Part shown: positions 42,122-51,923 of the stretch, one piece after another | Layout: each line of letters opens with the position of its first letter | How positions within the stretch are numbered: position 1 is the stretch's first letter | Virus record (IMG/VR): IMGVR_UViG_3300037755_000302 | DNA: 61,470 bases | From: a virus | Reading direction: 5' to 3' (one strand) | Notes under the pieces: model-generated | The model's input: only the letters and a program-made list of their open reading frames with translations | The model's database searches: none | Told to the model about the DNA's origin: nothing | Position numbers and translations under genes: made by a program

Positions 42122-44349
42122 TCCTCTCCCGCAGCAGCAACGGTGCCGATGTCCGTTGCAGGTCTGCGACCGACCTTTGCAAACTCACGGATTGCCGCAA
42201 CATACGCTTGGCGCTGGGCCGAAGTCCGAGCTTCAGCCGCAAGCCTGCGTAGCATCGGCAGCATTTCCGCCGGATCGGTTTCAGTCAAAATGCGCACGCG
42301 CTCCCGTGCGGCTCGTTGACCGATCTGGCGCGCCAATTTCGTTGAGAGGTCTTCCAAAACCTTGCCAAACCGGCCCGTAGCCAGATTTGCGGCCGCGCGC
42401 GGGCCTTCCATGAGTTCTGCCATATCGTCAGCGAGCGGCGCAGTGCGAGAACCAGACAGCACATCCCTCGTGGTGTTGGTCGTGATGTTCTCGCGACGGA
42501 GATTGCGAATGAGGCTTTGTCCGCGATCGTAGACCTGCTGTTCAATGGTTCGCTGCGGGCCTCTTGGCGAGCGCGGGCGCGGATACAATGATCCAACGAT
42601 ACGCTCGAAACCTTCAGAGCCAAACTGATCAGCCGCGGCGCGCCCCTGCCGAACGTTGAGCGTGTCATCCATCAGTTTTCTCTCGAAACCGACACGCATC
42701 AATTCCTGCTGTGTCGGCGTCATGTCGCGGAAGTCCCGGAGCGCCTGCCGCGTCTGCGGCGTCAGCCGCTTGCCTATCTCCACCCCGCGATTGAGGATTC
42801 GTTCGGTTGTGCGGTTTTCGGAAAATCTCGCGTCAGCGTCGCGAAGTGGCGCGTTGTTGCGACGCGCAGCGTTATTGAGGTCAGTGCGGAACTGCGTCAG
42901 TTCGCGCGTGAGCGGCGTTGCGCGGCCGTCCTGCATAGAACGGGCAATCATCTGGTCGAGTTCCTGCCTGCGCTCAAGGAACGTCGGCACATCATCGATC
43001 ACATCCATCGCGCGAGTGTAGCGCATGCTGCTCTGGCCACTCTGGACCATGCCGCCACGGAAAAACATATCGACGGCCTTGTTGATCCCGCTGTTGATCT
43101 CGCCGCCCTCTTGCGGTCGTCTCGCGCGCCATCGGCGAATGACTGGCAAAACGTTCACCGGCTGGGCATTCTGCCTTGCCAGATTGTATGCGGTCTGCTC
43201 TTCCTGCCGTGCAACCGTGGACAAGCGCTCGACCTCATCATCGAAGTTCCGGCCTTGCACGCCTGATTGCTCGATGATGCCTGCGGTGCGGCCCGGCTGC
43301 TCGCGTTGGCGGCCGATCAGCCTTTCCGCTGCAACGGGATCATCAGCGATGGCCATGTCAGCGCGCGCTTGATTGGAGAGTGGCATCGCGCCACCAGATC
43401 CGAGATCCTCCTTGGCGATGTCAATGATGTTTCGCGGCGTCGGGTTGGCATCCTGCCAAGTGCGGACATAATTGCGCACCGTGGCCGGGTTCAGCCCGTA
43501 ATCGCGGGCAATGGTGGCAACAGGCTCGCCGCCCATGCTTCTGCTGACGATATCCGCCATGTCGTCAGCGCTGAACGGTGTGCCCGCTGGCGTTGTGCGT
43601 CCCTGAAGCTGCGCACTCGGCTGCGGGGCAACGTCCTGAAACGCGCGCTGCAAATCGAAGTCAGCCTTGACAGACTGGTCTGCGATGTCCTGATATGCTG
43701 CCTGCTCCGGATTGCGGGCGCGCTCGATTTGCCTGTTTGCAAAGCGTCCTGCGTCCCGCGTCCCGCTCACAAAGCGACCGCCAATATTCAAAGCGTTCGG
43801 GGCGGCGAAACCGCCGATAAGGCCCATTCCGACCTCAGCAACCGGCCCTAGTTCCTGATCTCTGGCGATGCCAACGCCGCCCCCCGCCCCTGTTGTGGAT
43901 GCTGTCTCAATAGCTGCGGCGCGTCCGGGACGTTGTGCAATTTCGCTTAGCAGCCGGTTGTTTGCCGCGCCCGGCAGTTTGCTCGCAAAGTTCATTCCCA
44001 TGAATGGCAGGACGGAACCGCCCGCGACTTCGCCGACGGCTTCTGAAAATCTTCCGGCGCGCGTCTCTGGCGGCGCTACGTTGACGCGGCGAGCAGCTTC
44101 CAGTTCAGGGATTAGTTCGCCTTCATATCCCATCAGGCGAGCCGCTTCATTGATCGGAACGCGGATCGGCGAACCAATCACATTCAGCATGGCGTCAATG
44201 CCGGTGTTCGCGCCGTGGCCGAAGCCCTTGGCCATATCCACGGCAACATCCGGCGTTTCGGCCACCGGATCGTTTTTCCACCAGTCCGCCGCTTGCCCGC
44301 TTGCCACGCTTGTCGCGACGGGATCATTTTCCCAGAATTCTGCCATCAC
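42118..44349 (-). CDS. large internal virion/ejection-type protein, 743 aa
   Basis: Its position corresponds to the P22 ejection-protein block. No enzymatic motif recognised. Confidence 0.6.
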   Translation of the reverse strand: MMAEFWENDPVATSVASGQAADWWKNDPVAETPDVAVDMAKGFGHGANTGIDAMLNVIGSPIRVPINEAARLMGYEGELIPELEAARRVNVAPPETRAGRFSEAVGEVAGGSVLPFMGMNFASKLPGAANNRLLSEIAQRPGRAAAIETASTTGAGGGVGIARDQELGPVAEVGMGLIGGFAAPNALNIGGRFVSGTRDAGRFANRQIERARNPEQAAYQDIADQSVKADFDLQRAFQDVAPQPSAQLQGRTTPAGTPFSADDMADIVSRSMGGEPVATIARDYGLNPATVRNYVRTWQDANPTPRNIIDIAKEDLGSGGAMPLSNQARADMAIADDPVAAERLIGRQREQPGRTAGIIEQSGVQGRNFDDEVERLSTVARQEEQTAYNLARQNAQPVNVLPVIRRWRARRPQEGGEINSGINKAVDMFFRGGMVQSGQSSMRYTRAMDVIDDVPTFLERRQELDQMIARSMQDGRATPLTRELTQFRTDLNNAARRNNAPLRDADARFSENRTTERILNRGVEIGKRLTPQTRQALRDFRDMTPTQQELMRVGFERKLMDDTLNVRQGRAAADQFGSEGFERIVGSLYPRPRSPRGPQRTIEQQVYDRGQSLIRNLRRENITTNTTRDVLSGSRTAPLADDMAELMEGPRAAANLATGRFGKVLEDLSTKLARQIGQRAARERVRILTETDPAEMLPMLRRLAAEARTSAQRQAYVAAIREFAKVGRRPATDIGTVAAAGED

Positions 44350-45584
44350 TGCTTGGTCCTGAGGCTGCCATCAGGCGCGATGTATTGCGTCCCAGGCGGC
44401 AAGGCTTGGTATTCCTGCTGTGTCATGACCTGAACGGGCGATCCGGATTGCTGTGGAGCTTGCGGCTGTGGCGAAGGCGCGGCTTGGGTGTTTGCGCCAT
44501 AGCCCGGCTGAAAATAAGCACCCGAGCGGATGCCTTCAGCTTTCGACCTGTTGAATTCAAGCCTGCGTTGTGCTGATGCTATCGCACGCTCGAAGATGCG
44601 CCTTCTGACCTCGGGCGATTTGTTGACACTGCCCTGCACATCGAGCAAGACTTGGCGCTCGCCTTCGGTCGGCATCCCGCCGAACGTTGCCTTCAGGTTT
44701 TCCAGAACCTGCCCCGTCACAACGTTCTGCAACTCTTCGGTTGCAGTCCCGCCTTCAGAACCATAGAGGCTCGTCAGGTAACCGCGAGTTTGCGCGGCCG
44801 GCCCGGAATAAGCCTGCTCATTTAGCTCTAGCGCTCTATCAAGAGATGTGAGCACATTTCGGGACGCATCCGCGCTCTCGTCAGCCTCGAAGACCTCTTT
44901 CATTGAGGTTGCGTTCATAGGCGCGCCCGAAGCTGATGGCTCGCGGATGACTTCCATTCCCTGCGGCCCAGCGCGATAAATGCCTTGCCCCTGCTTGAAC
45001 GTCTTGTACTCGCTCGCCTTCGGCTGCGTCAGCCCTTGCGCTTCCGAAATGATCATATCCAATGTCGGATCAGGATTTGCCGGATCGAAATTATAGGCAT
45101 CAAGCTGGGTTTTCAGCTTCGGGTGCGCGTTGACGAAACTCTGCACAAGCGTCGCTTTCCGTTGCGGATCGGTCTCATTGCGGATACGCTGTGCAATGCC
45201 AGCGGTGCGGGCGATCAGGCTGGATCTGAGATCCTCCTGCGTCTTCTGGACGTTGAGTCCGTGAAGCTCGGTTGAGCGGCCTTCTGCCGCCGCAGCGCGC
45301 TTGTCTGAAGCCAGCAAACGGTTGCGGTTGAAGTCCCGGTCTTCACCGGCCTGTTCAGCGCCAGCAAGCTGCGTTCCCAGCGATATGTTGCCTTGTGAGA
45401 ACGCCGCGTCTGCGCCGTCGCCATACCCGCCGGACTGGATCGCAGAGCCGATCTGCTTGGACTGATCAAGCAGGCGGTTTTTCTCAAGCTTCTGGCCAAC
45501 GGCCTCGATGCCTTGGTTCAAGCCGCTGAAGTCGAACGGGCTTGGTGCCCTGTACTGAGGAAGTGGGATATATCCGGTGGCCAC
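44346..45584 (-). CDS. internal virion/ejection-type protein, 412 aa
   Basis: 4-nt overlap with the downstream gene. Gln/Ala-rich. Confidence 0.6.
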   Translation of the reverse strand: MATGYIPLPQYRAPSPFDFSGLNQGIEAVGQKLEKNRLLDQSKQIGSAIQSGGYGDGADAAFSQGNISLGTQLAGAEQAGEDRDFNRNRLLASDKRAAAAEGRSTELHGLNVQKTQEDLRSSLIARTAGIAQRIRNETDPQRKATLVQSFVNAHPKLKTQLDAYNFDPANPDPTLDMIISEAQGLTQPKASEYKTFKQGQGIYRAGPQGMEVIREPSASGAPMNATSMKEVFEADESADASRNVLTSLDRALELNEQAYSGPAAQTRGYLTSLYGSEGGTATEELQNVVTGQVLENLKATFGGMPTEGERQVLLDVQGSVNKSPEVRRRIFERAIASAQRRLEFNRSKAEGIRSGAYFQPGYGANTQAAPSPQPQAPQQSGSPVQVMTQQEYQALPPGTQYIAPDGSLRTKQ

Positions 45585-45590
45585 TGTATC

Positions 45591-46376
45591 TTATCCGATC
45601 TGAGAGTAATCGACGAAGCTGTAACCATCCGCATTGCGGGCGATTGCTTCCGGGAATATAGCCTCGGCTTCATGGGCCATGACGCCTTCATGCAGATCGT
45701 CAGACCATAGGTAGCGGAATTGATAGGTAGGCAGGCCGGAAGGAAGCGTCCCGGTGCGCGTGATGTCGCGTTTCAGGCGGATGTCGGACGCCGCGTAGGC
45801 TTTGGCCGCCGTGCCGGCAATGTTGAGCAGGTTATTCACGCCCGTCGAGCGATTAGCTGCTTGCGCGTTGCCGTAGTTTATCTCATTACCCGCTTTGGTT
45901 GCGCCATACCCGTAATCCAGATCACCCTGACCCATCCGTATGGACGCCTGTTGGCCCGCATACTGTCCGCCCTGCTGCCCTTGGCCCATGAGACGGTTCA
46001 ACCACCCGCCGTAGTTCTCAATCCCGACACGAGCACCAGCAAGCGCTGCTTTGCCGCCATAGGTGTTGCCGCGTGCGTTCATCTGGCGCAAAAGCGCGTT
46101 CGACTGTTGCCCCAACACAGCCGACATGGCAGGGTCCGAAAAATAGCGCTGCTGGGCTGCATCGCGCTCTTCATCGGTTCCAAGGCCGATCGCCTGGCCG
46201 TAAAGCTGATTTGCCTGCTGACCCTGCTCCGCATAGGGCGTAAACATGTCAAAGGCTTCATCGTACCGGCCGGTCGCGCTTTCGTAGCCTTTATCAAGCG
46301 CCGCGTCAGATTTCGCCTTGGCGTTGCGGAGATCCTTCTTGGCGGATGAGCCAAAAAAATCCTGAAAAAATCCCAC
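45591..46376 (-). CDS. tail needle/fibre-like protein with C-terminal S74 intramolecular-chaperone domain
   Basis: ...AYAASDIRLKRDI...YQFRY...GVMAHEAEAIFPEA...VDYSQIG. GTG start after AGGAG. Confidence 0.65.
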   Translation of the reverse strand: MGFFQDFFGSSAKKDLRNAKAKSDAALDKGYESATGRYDEAFDMFTPYAEQGQQANQLYGQAIGLGTDEERDAAQQRYFSDPAMSAVLGQQSNALLRQMNARGNTYGGKAALAGARVGIENYGGWLNRLMGQGQQGGQYAGQQASIRMGQGDLDYGYGATKAGNEINYGNAQAANRSTGVNNLLNIAGTAAKAYAASDIRLKRDITRTGTLPSGLPTYQFRYLWSDDLHEGVMAHEAEAIFPEAIARNADGYSFVDYSQIG

Positions 46377-46385
46377 TGTGATCTC

Positions 46386-46553
46386 CTACGGATTAAGGTC
46401 TGTGGTGTTCTGGTTTAGCTGTTTCACGAGCAACAGGAGACGCTGATACCAGTCAGGCGAGAGCGTGACTTTAACTTCTTGCTCTTCGCCGTTGACGTTG
46501 ATTTTCGCGGTCCCTATCGGGATGTTCGCGGAAGGGAGGGAGATTTGTGCCAT
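46386..46553 (-). CDS. hypothetical protein, 55 aa
   Basis: Its ATG directly abuts the upstream TAG, and it fills the gap between two virion genes. Confidence 0.5.
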   Translation of the reverse strand: MAQISLPSANIPIGTAKINVNGEEQEVKVTLSPDWYQRLLLLVKQLNQNTTDLNP

Positions 46554-47987
46554 CTATGCCGCCAACTGGTTGAAATCTACCGAAGTCTGCATCAAGACCC
46601 GCTCGACGGGTGCAGATATCCTGAACCGGAACATGCGGCCCTTCTGTCCTGTGCGGCCCATGCGGCGGATTGGTTTGATACGGCGATATTGAGCTGTCGC
46701 GTGGAGATCGCGTTCGCGCTCGGTGGCCCAGCTATAGCCGCCATCATCGCTCCATGAGACGAGGAGTTTCGGAGCGCTTGCATGAGCATCTGTCGAGTTC
46801 AGACCGACGCCGGTTGCTGCATCGATGTAGAGGCCGTTGAATTTGAGCCGGTAGGGGAAAGCATGGACTGGCGGGGTTATGACCTCGGAGACGAGATGAT
46901 TGCCAGCCTCGCTGAACACCTTGTTGCTGAGCGTGTAGAGCTGGCCTGTGCTATAATCACCGGCAATGATCTTGTTGCCGAACTTGAACACGGTGCTGAC
47001 CCGCCAGCGGTCGAGTTCGTAGCTGGATCGAGTATGCCAGTGCCCCGTGGAGGAATCCCAAACCCGAGACCATGTGTCGCTCGTAAGGCAGTAGAAAAAT
47101 CTGCCTGCATAGGCCCATGCAAAGCCTTTGAGCTGATCAGCATTCCCGGCGTCGTCAAGATCCTTGATCATCTCTTCGATTTCGTTCGTCGAGATGACTT
47201 CACCGGAATAGCCGCTCATCATGCGAACGGTATGATCCGGCGCAACCCAAAGTATTGTCTTGCGCGACGGCGTATCGACCTTGGCGACGCTATCCCCGGC
47301 GAGACAGCCAAGCTCCAGCGCATGAACGCGCTCAAACGGAAAATCAGGATCTCCGGTGTTCTGGTGCCATTCGATCGATGTTTCCTTGAAAAACACCGCC
47401 TCGCGCTCCAGCGTCATGGAACGAACGATTTCATCAGGATAGGCTTCTGCCGTGCCTTCATCAAGGCCGTCGATCGTGGTAAAATCATCGATGCCGGTCA
47501 GGAAATACGACGCCCCGATCACGGGAATGACGCCGTAACCGTCCAGCACCGAAATTGAGATCGGCGAGGGCAGATCCGGATCACTGATCTCGGTGACGGA
47601 ATTGGCCTGCGTGTCGATGACGTAATACAAGCCATCCGAGACGATACCAATCTGCGCGGGACTGCGGCGATTACGATCGAGATAAACCGGGCCGTCGGTG
47701 GCGATGCCGCCGATCAAGGTGGATGATCCGCTTGCGCTAACGGCATAAACATTGCGCCCAACGACGACATAGGCTGTCGTTCCGATGGCGATCCCGGCGC
47801 GGACGCCGCCGCCACTGAGCGCGGAGCCGAACGCCGTAAGCCCCTCGGTCGAATAAATCGTCCAGACGGTCTTGCCATCCTGCTGGGTTTCCTCGGCAAA
47901 GCAGTTTATGAGCTGGGCATAGCCTGCCTGCCGGTTCCGCGCCGGATTGGAGCGGATTCCGAGCGAAATCGAGACCGGTTCCCCCAT
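46554..47987 (-). CDS. P22 gp10-like packaged-DNA stabilisation / tail hub protein, 477 aa
   Basis: Size, position and C-terminal ...YRRIKPIRRMGRTGQKGRMFRFRI resemble P22 gp10 (...WKRVGRIRRLIGFKLRV), from memory. Confidence 0.6.
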   Translation of the reverse strand: MGEPVSISLGIRSNPARNRQAGYAQLINCFAEETQQDGKTVWTIYSTEGLTAFGSALSGGGVRAGIAIGTTAYVVVGRNVYAVSASGSSTLIGGIATDGPVYLDRNRRSPAQIGIVSDGLYYVIDTQANSVTEISDPDLPSPISISVLDGYGVIPVIGASYFLTGIDDFTTIDGLDEGTAEAYPDEIVRSMTLEREAVFFKETSIEWHQNTGDPDFPFERVHALELGCLAGDSVAKVDTPSRKTILWVAPDHTVRMMSGYSGEVISTNEIEEMIKDLDDAGNADQLKGFAWAYAGRFFYCLTSDTWSRVWDSSTGHWHTRSSYELDRWRVSTVFKFGNKIIAGDYSTGQLYTLSNKVFSEAGNHLVSEVITPPVHAFPYRLKFNGLYIDAATGVGLNSTDAHASAPKLLVSWSDDGGYSWATERERDLHATAQYRRIKPIRRMGRTGQKGRMFRFRISAPVERVLMQTSVDFNQLAA

Positions 47988-48364
47988 CAGAAATATGTCC
48001 CCGGAGCGCTGAGGCCGGACGATTCCCGCGCAGTCAGCCGCCGCAGCATATTCCAGCCCTTCTTGCCCATTGAGACCTGCATTCCGGTCTCCACATCGAT
48101 CTCAACGGGGGCAGGATCGCCGAATGACGGCCCGACCATATCCGCTATTATCCTGACGATGGCGAGAAAGGCTTCATTCGGGATCGTGTCTTCCGACCAG
48201 TAGACGACATCGCGCTCCTGCATCTGTGCATAGGCGAACCAATCTGAGTAAATCCGCTTGATATGGGCGTCGTCCGCAGAATCCGGCGTCTCATCCTGGG
48301 AGATCCAGTTCGTCAGCCGCATGACTTCAGTTGCAAGCTCGGTTGTCGTTCTCGACATCAGCAA
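47987..48364 (-). CDS. head-completion/adaptor-like protein, 125 aa
   Basis: Positional analogue of P22 gp4, upstream of the gp10-like gene. Confidence 0.45.
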   Translation of the reverse strand: MLMSRTTTELATEVMRLTNWISQDETPDSADDAHIKRIYSDWFAYAQMQERDVVYWSEDTIPNEAFLAIVRIIADMVGPSFGDPAPVEIDVETGMQVSMGKKGWNMLRRLTARESSGLSAPGTYF

Positions 48365-48687
48365 TAATCCGTGATTGGATCGTCAAAGAAGGCTGACTTT
48401 CTGACGATGAAATCTCCTTCAAGGGCAATCACCTTGCCGGTTCCTGTGGTTTTCCAACGGAAATGCCAGCGCCCCGCTTCGTCAGGGACGATATCTGCGG
48501 TATAGTTTCCCGTTGACGCCTTCTGCACTTCGCTGTCGGTGCCGTAGACGTAATCCTCCTCACCGCCGGATGGCGAGAACGTGCTGAATGTCACCGTATC
48601 AGGATCGATCGGCGTGCCATCGCTATCAGTGAAAGCCGCCGTAAGCCGAAGCTCAGTTTCAACGTAGATTTTCCCAGGCTCAAGCAT
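48358..48687 (-). CDS. hypothetical virion-module protein, 109 aa
   Basis: ORF packed between structural genes. Confidence 0.6.
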   Translation of the reverse strand: MLEPGKIYVETELRLTAAFTDSDGTPIDPDTVTFSTFSPSGGEEDYVYGTDSEVQKASTGNYTADIVPDEAGRWHFRWKTTGTGKVIALEGDFIVRKSAFFDDPITDYC

Positions 48688-49046
48688 CAGTTACCATATG
48701 CCCTTCTGCCGCCGCCAGTCGTGCCGCCAGCGCGTAATCCGCCACTGAATATCCCACCTGCTCGCGTTGCCCCGCTCGAAACACCTTTTATGCGTCCCCT
48801 TATGATCTTGACTGACGTAGCGCTGACCGTATCGGCAGCTTCGGTGATTGTGGCGAAAGCCTGTATCTGGAGAATTGCTGTTGCAGAGAACGTATCCGCT
48901 GCTTCGGTGAGAGACGCCACGCCGACAATCGGCAGGACGGCAAGCGAAGCAAGCGTATCTGCTGCCTCAGTGATGGAGGCATTGGCCGCAATTCCTGTAA
49001 CATCATCTGCAAGAGGGAGCGCTGCAAGAGGGGCGAAGCCGAGCAC
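48687..49046 (-). CDS. hypothetical protein with three (I/L)TEAADT repeats, 119 aa
   Basis: Repeats spaced about 21 aa apart, also visible at the DNA level. Gly/Arg-rich tail. Confidence 0.6.
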   Translation of the reverse strand: MLGFAPLAALPLADDVTGIAANASITEAADTLASLAVLPIVGVASLTEAADTFSATAILQIQAFATITEAADTVSATSVKIIRGRIKGVSSGATRAGGIFSGGLRAGGTTGGGRRAYGN

Positions 49047-49052
49047 TTGGCG

Positions 49053-49481
49053 TCAGCCATTGTTGTCTGTTATTGCGAATGTAGTCACGGTGAAACTTTG
49101 CCCAGCCGCAAAAACGGCATTGTCAACGGTCATGTCACCGCCGCCGCCCGTCGCGCTGACCGATCCCTGCATGTGGCAAGTCGTATCGCCGGAATTGTAG
49201 ATGCGGAAATGCCCAGCAGTTCCGGCCGCATCAGCCGATGCATCCTGCCACGTGCCTGACTTGGCCTTCGTGCCGCCTGACGCAGCTGCCATCCAGTCTG
49301 ACGGCAGCGTCAACGTTGCCAGCACGGTCCCGCTGTCTGCGGTCCCGCAGTCCGCAGGCTTCGATCCGGTGCGAATGCGCATGATCGGTGAGGTGCTGAT
49401 CGTGGTTTCGATGGCGTCGAGCTTCGCGTTCCTGACATCGTCTGAATACTGGATCATTGGTATCCCTGTTGCATTCCGCAC
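49053..49481 (-). CDS. hypothetical virion-module protein, 142 aa
   Basis: ORF in the structural module. Confidence 0.6.
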   Translation of the reverse strand: MRNATGIPMIQYSDDVRNAKLDAIETTISTSPIMRIRTGSKPADCGTADSGTVLATLTLPSDWMAAASGGTKAKSGTWQDASADAAGTAGHFRIYNSGDTTCHMQGSVSATGGGGDMTVDNAVFAAGQSFTVTTFAITDNNG

Positions 49482-49502
49482 AGTCTTGCGGTATCATTAG
49501 TA

Positions 49503-50141
49503 ATGGCTGGAAAAACGACGCTGAAAATCGGGACTAGATTCGGTCGGCTAATAGTTGTTAGCCGTGTAAATAGTCAAAACCGAAGCCAGACTAGATGGCT
49601 TTGTCGGTGCGATTGCGGGAATGAGAAAGAAATATACGCAGCACACTTGCGGAAAGGCTCAACTGTTAGCTGTGGATGCTTTGCAAGAGAATCTTTGGTC
49701 AAGCGTATGTCCAGTCATGGGCTAACCGACGATATTGCTTATCGTCCATGGATACAAATGCGAGCTAGGTGTAACAGCTCCGTACATCCGTCATATCATG
49801 CGTATGGCGCCAGAGGCATCCGCGTCTGCGAGCGCTGGAACGACTTCGAAGCATTCCTTTCTGATATGGGACCGAGGCCTTCTCTGAACCATTCTCTTGA
49901 CCGCGAGAATAACAACGGCAATTACGAGCCTGGGAATTGCCGTTGGGCCACTCCAAAAGAGCAACAGAACAACCGATCAAACACACGCTGGATTACCTAT
50001 AAGGATGAAAGGCTCCCGCTGGCTGATTGGTCTCGCAGAATGGGTCTGGCCCCAAAAGTGGTGTACATGCGTATTTTTTCTTACAAATGGTCCATTGAAC
50101 GTGCTCTGGAAACACCCGTTAAGCTCAATCCTCTTTCATGA
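49503..50141 (+). CDS. HNH-like homing endonuclease family protein
   Basis: CRCDCGN...SCGC... and SLDRENNNGNYEPGNCRWATPKEQQNN. On the opposite strand to its neighbours, and AT-richer. Confidence 0.65.
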   Translation: MAGKTTLKIGTRFGRLIVVSRVNSQNRSQTRWLCRCDCGNEKEIYAAHLRKGSTVSCGCFARESLVKRMSSHGLTDDIAYRPWIQMRARCNSSVHPSYHAYGARGIRVCERWNDFEAFLSDMGPRPSLNHSLDRENNNGNYEPGNCRWATPKEQQNNRSNTRWITYKDERLPLADWSRRMGLAPKVVYMRIFSYKWSIERALETPVKLNPLS

Positions 50142-50316
50142 GCCGGTCAACGGCATCCTTGACGCCAGCTTTGCCAAGCTGATCTTCAAAGGCTTTCAGG
50201 CCGCCGTAGCGCTTGACGGTCTCCCGGATCATGGCCTTGCAGTTCTCGATGACCTTGATCCGAGCGGCAATCGAGGCTGCGGCCTGATCGGGGACAAGGC
50301 GAAGTTCATTCGCCAT
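50125..50316 (-). CDS. hypothetical protein (63 aa from ATG 50316)
   Basis: Its ATG overlaps the end of the 520-aa gene. Confidence 0.5.
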   Translation of the reverse strand: MANELRLVPDQAAASIAARIKVIENCKAMIRETVKRYGGLKAFEDQLGKAGVKDAVDRLMKED

Positions 50317-51868
50317 TTGCAGCATCCTTGATGGCAGCGGCGATCTTTTCCGCGTTCCAGCGCTTATCGATCTTGACGCCTTTCTCCTCGGCAAGCGTGA
50401 TCAGATCTTCGCGGTCCATATCAACCAGAGGGTTGTAATCCCATTCAGGATCGACCTTTCCATCAACAGGAACGATAATCTCCTCTTCCACAGCCTCGAA
50501 GAACCGATTGCGGCGTGCTTTCTCAGCGATTTGCTCGGGAAGCTCAACCGCCTCACCTGGGACAAACGCAAGGCCGAAGCACTTGACGCTGCTCTGCCCC
50601 GCCGGACATTCTCCAACATACCGAAACTTCATGGGGTTCTTGTCTTTCCGCTTGATAATCTTCACATTCACATCAATGCGCCACGTCTGAGAGGGCCTCA
50701 CCTGATCGTCCTTGATCCACGTAACCTGACCGGGGAACCATTTTCGGAACAGACGGTCCCACTCTTCATATGATCGCAAGTTGATATGGAGGACATCGCC
50801 ATTCGGCTTGATGGATACATTCTTTGCGGCCGCAACCAGAACATGACTTCGTGCAACGCGCGCCAACTCCCTGCAAGCCAGTTCATCGTCACCTGGGAGA
50901 AGGTGCTCGATAACATCGAACATCGTCACCGTGTCGAAGCTCTTGTCAGGGAATGGCAGCTCGTGCACTTCGCCGTAAATGACGCGCTCGCCGTCGATCA
51001 AGTCCGGAACGATCTCTGTCCCCTTGACCTTGGTGTAGCCAAGCGTTTCTGCCTCTCTCAGCATCTCACCGCGGCCGCAGGCTACGTCGAGATAAGATTC
51101 CCTTACAGGCAACGTGGCCAGATCCGACACGGCCACCGGCCTGCGCCGGTCGCCCATCTTGTAGCCCTGCTTTTGATAGGCGCGCTTGTACTTGGCGTGC
51201 TCGGATAATCTCTTCGCGGCAACGGTTTCTGGCGAAGCCCATGCAAGCGCAGCTTCAAGCCCCCATGCCGGGAAGCATTGCAAGGCGCTGTCTGGCGTGG
51301 CGTTCACGACCTTGATGTCTGCCGGTAGCGTCTTCGCAGCCTTGGTGAAGATTTCGATCCATGCCGGGAAGACCTTTGGTGGCGAGTTCCTCAAAGGTGA
51401 TGGATGGTCACCAAAAAAGTGCTTCTTGCCATCAACATGACGCATATCGAATCCGACGAGCACTATGCGCTTCGCACCCATGAGGATTGCCAGATTAAGA
51501 CCGGCAAATCCAGAGTTGTTGCCGGAATTCACATATGATGGATCGAGCGAAAATGCTTCATCGTAGCGAACGCCGATGAGATTGATCCCATAGCGCTCTG
51601 CAACATTCTCCTTGTTTTCCTCCGCCTTTCGGGATGGATCATAAGTTGACCATATTTCGCCCTGGAGGTCGGCCAGCTTCGAGTGAATTTCGAACCACCT
51701 GGCATCGCCCGAATAAAACACGTTCGCATTCGGGAAGAGTTCATAGGCATTACTGACCGTAAGAACGTTTTGCCCCTTACAGGCTTCGACAACTTCTGGC
51801 GTCAGGGATGGGCCGGAAGCCGCGACGACGCAACTTTCCCACCGCGGTTCGACCTTGGATTTAATCAT
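50306..51868 (-). CDS. fusion protein: DUF115/MptE-like (Maf-type) domain plus class I SAM methyltransferase plus C-terminal HeH-like motif, 520 aa
   Basis: AASGPSL...NSGFAGLNLAILMGAKRIVLVGFDM (DUF115-like). LDVACGRGE...LPFPDKSFDTVTMFDVIEHL (MTase motifs I-III). LITLAEEKGVKIDKRWNAEKIAAAI. Confidence 0.65.
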   Translation of the reverse strand: MIKSKVEPRWESCVVAASGPSLTPEVVEACKGQNVLTVSNAYELFPNANVFYSGDARWFEIHSKLADLQGEIWSTYDPSRKAEENKENVAERYGINLIGVRYDEAFSLDPSYVNSGNNSGFAGLNLAILMGAKRIVLVGFDMRHVDGKKHFFGDHPSPLRNSPPKVFPAWIEIFTKAAKTLPADIKVVNATPDSALQCFPAWGLEAALAWASPETVAAKRLSEHAKYKRAYQKQGYKMGDRRRPVAVSDLATLPVRESYLDVACGRGEMLREAETLGYTKVKGTEIVPDLIDGERVIYGEVHELPFPDKSFDTVTMFDVIEHLLPGDDELACRELARVARSHVLVAAAKNVSIKPNGDVLHINLRSYEEWDRLFRKWFPGQVTWIKDDQVRPSQTWRIDVNVKIIKRKDKNPMKFRYVGECPAGQSSVKCFGLAFVPGEAVELPEQIAEKARRNRFFEAVEEEIIVPVDGKVDPEWDYNPLVDMDREDLITLAEEKGVKIDKRWNAEKIAAAIKDAANGE

Positions 51869-51923
51869 GATTTCCTGAAATAAACAAAGGTGACAGGCGG
51901 GACAAAAGCCCCGCCATTACTCA

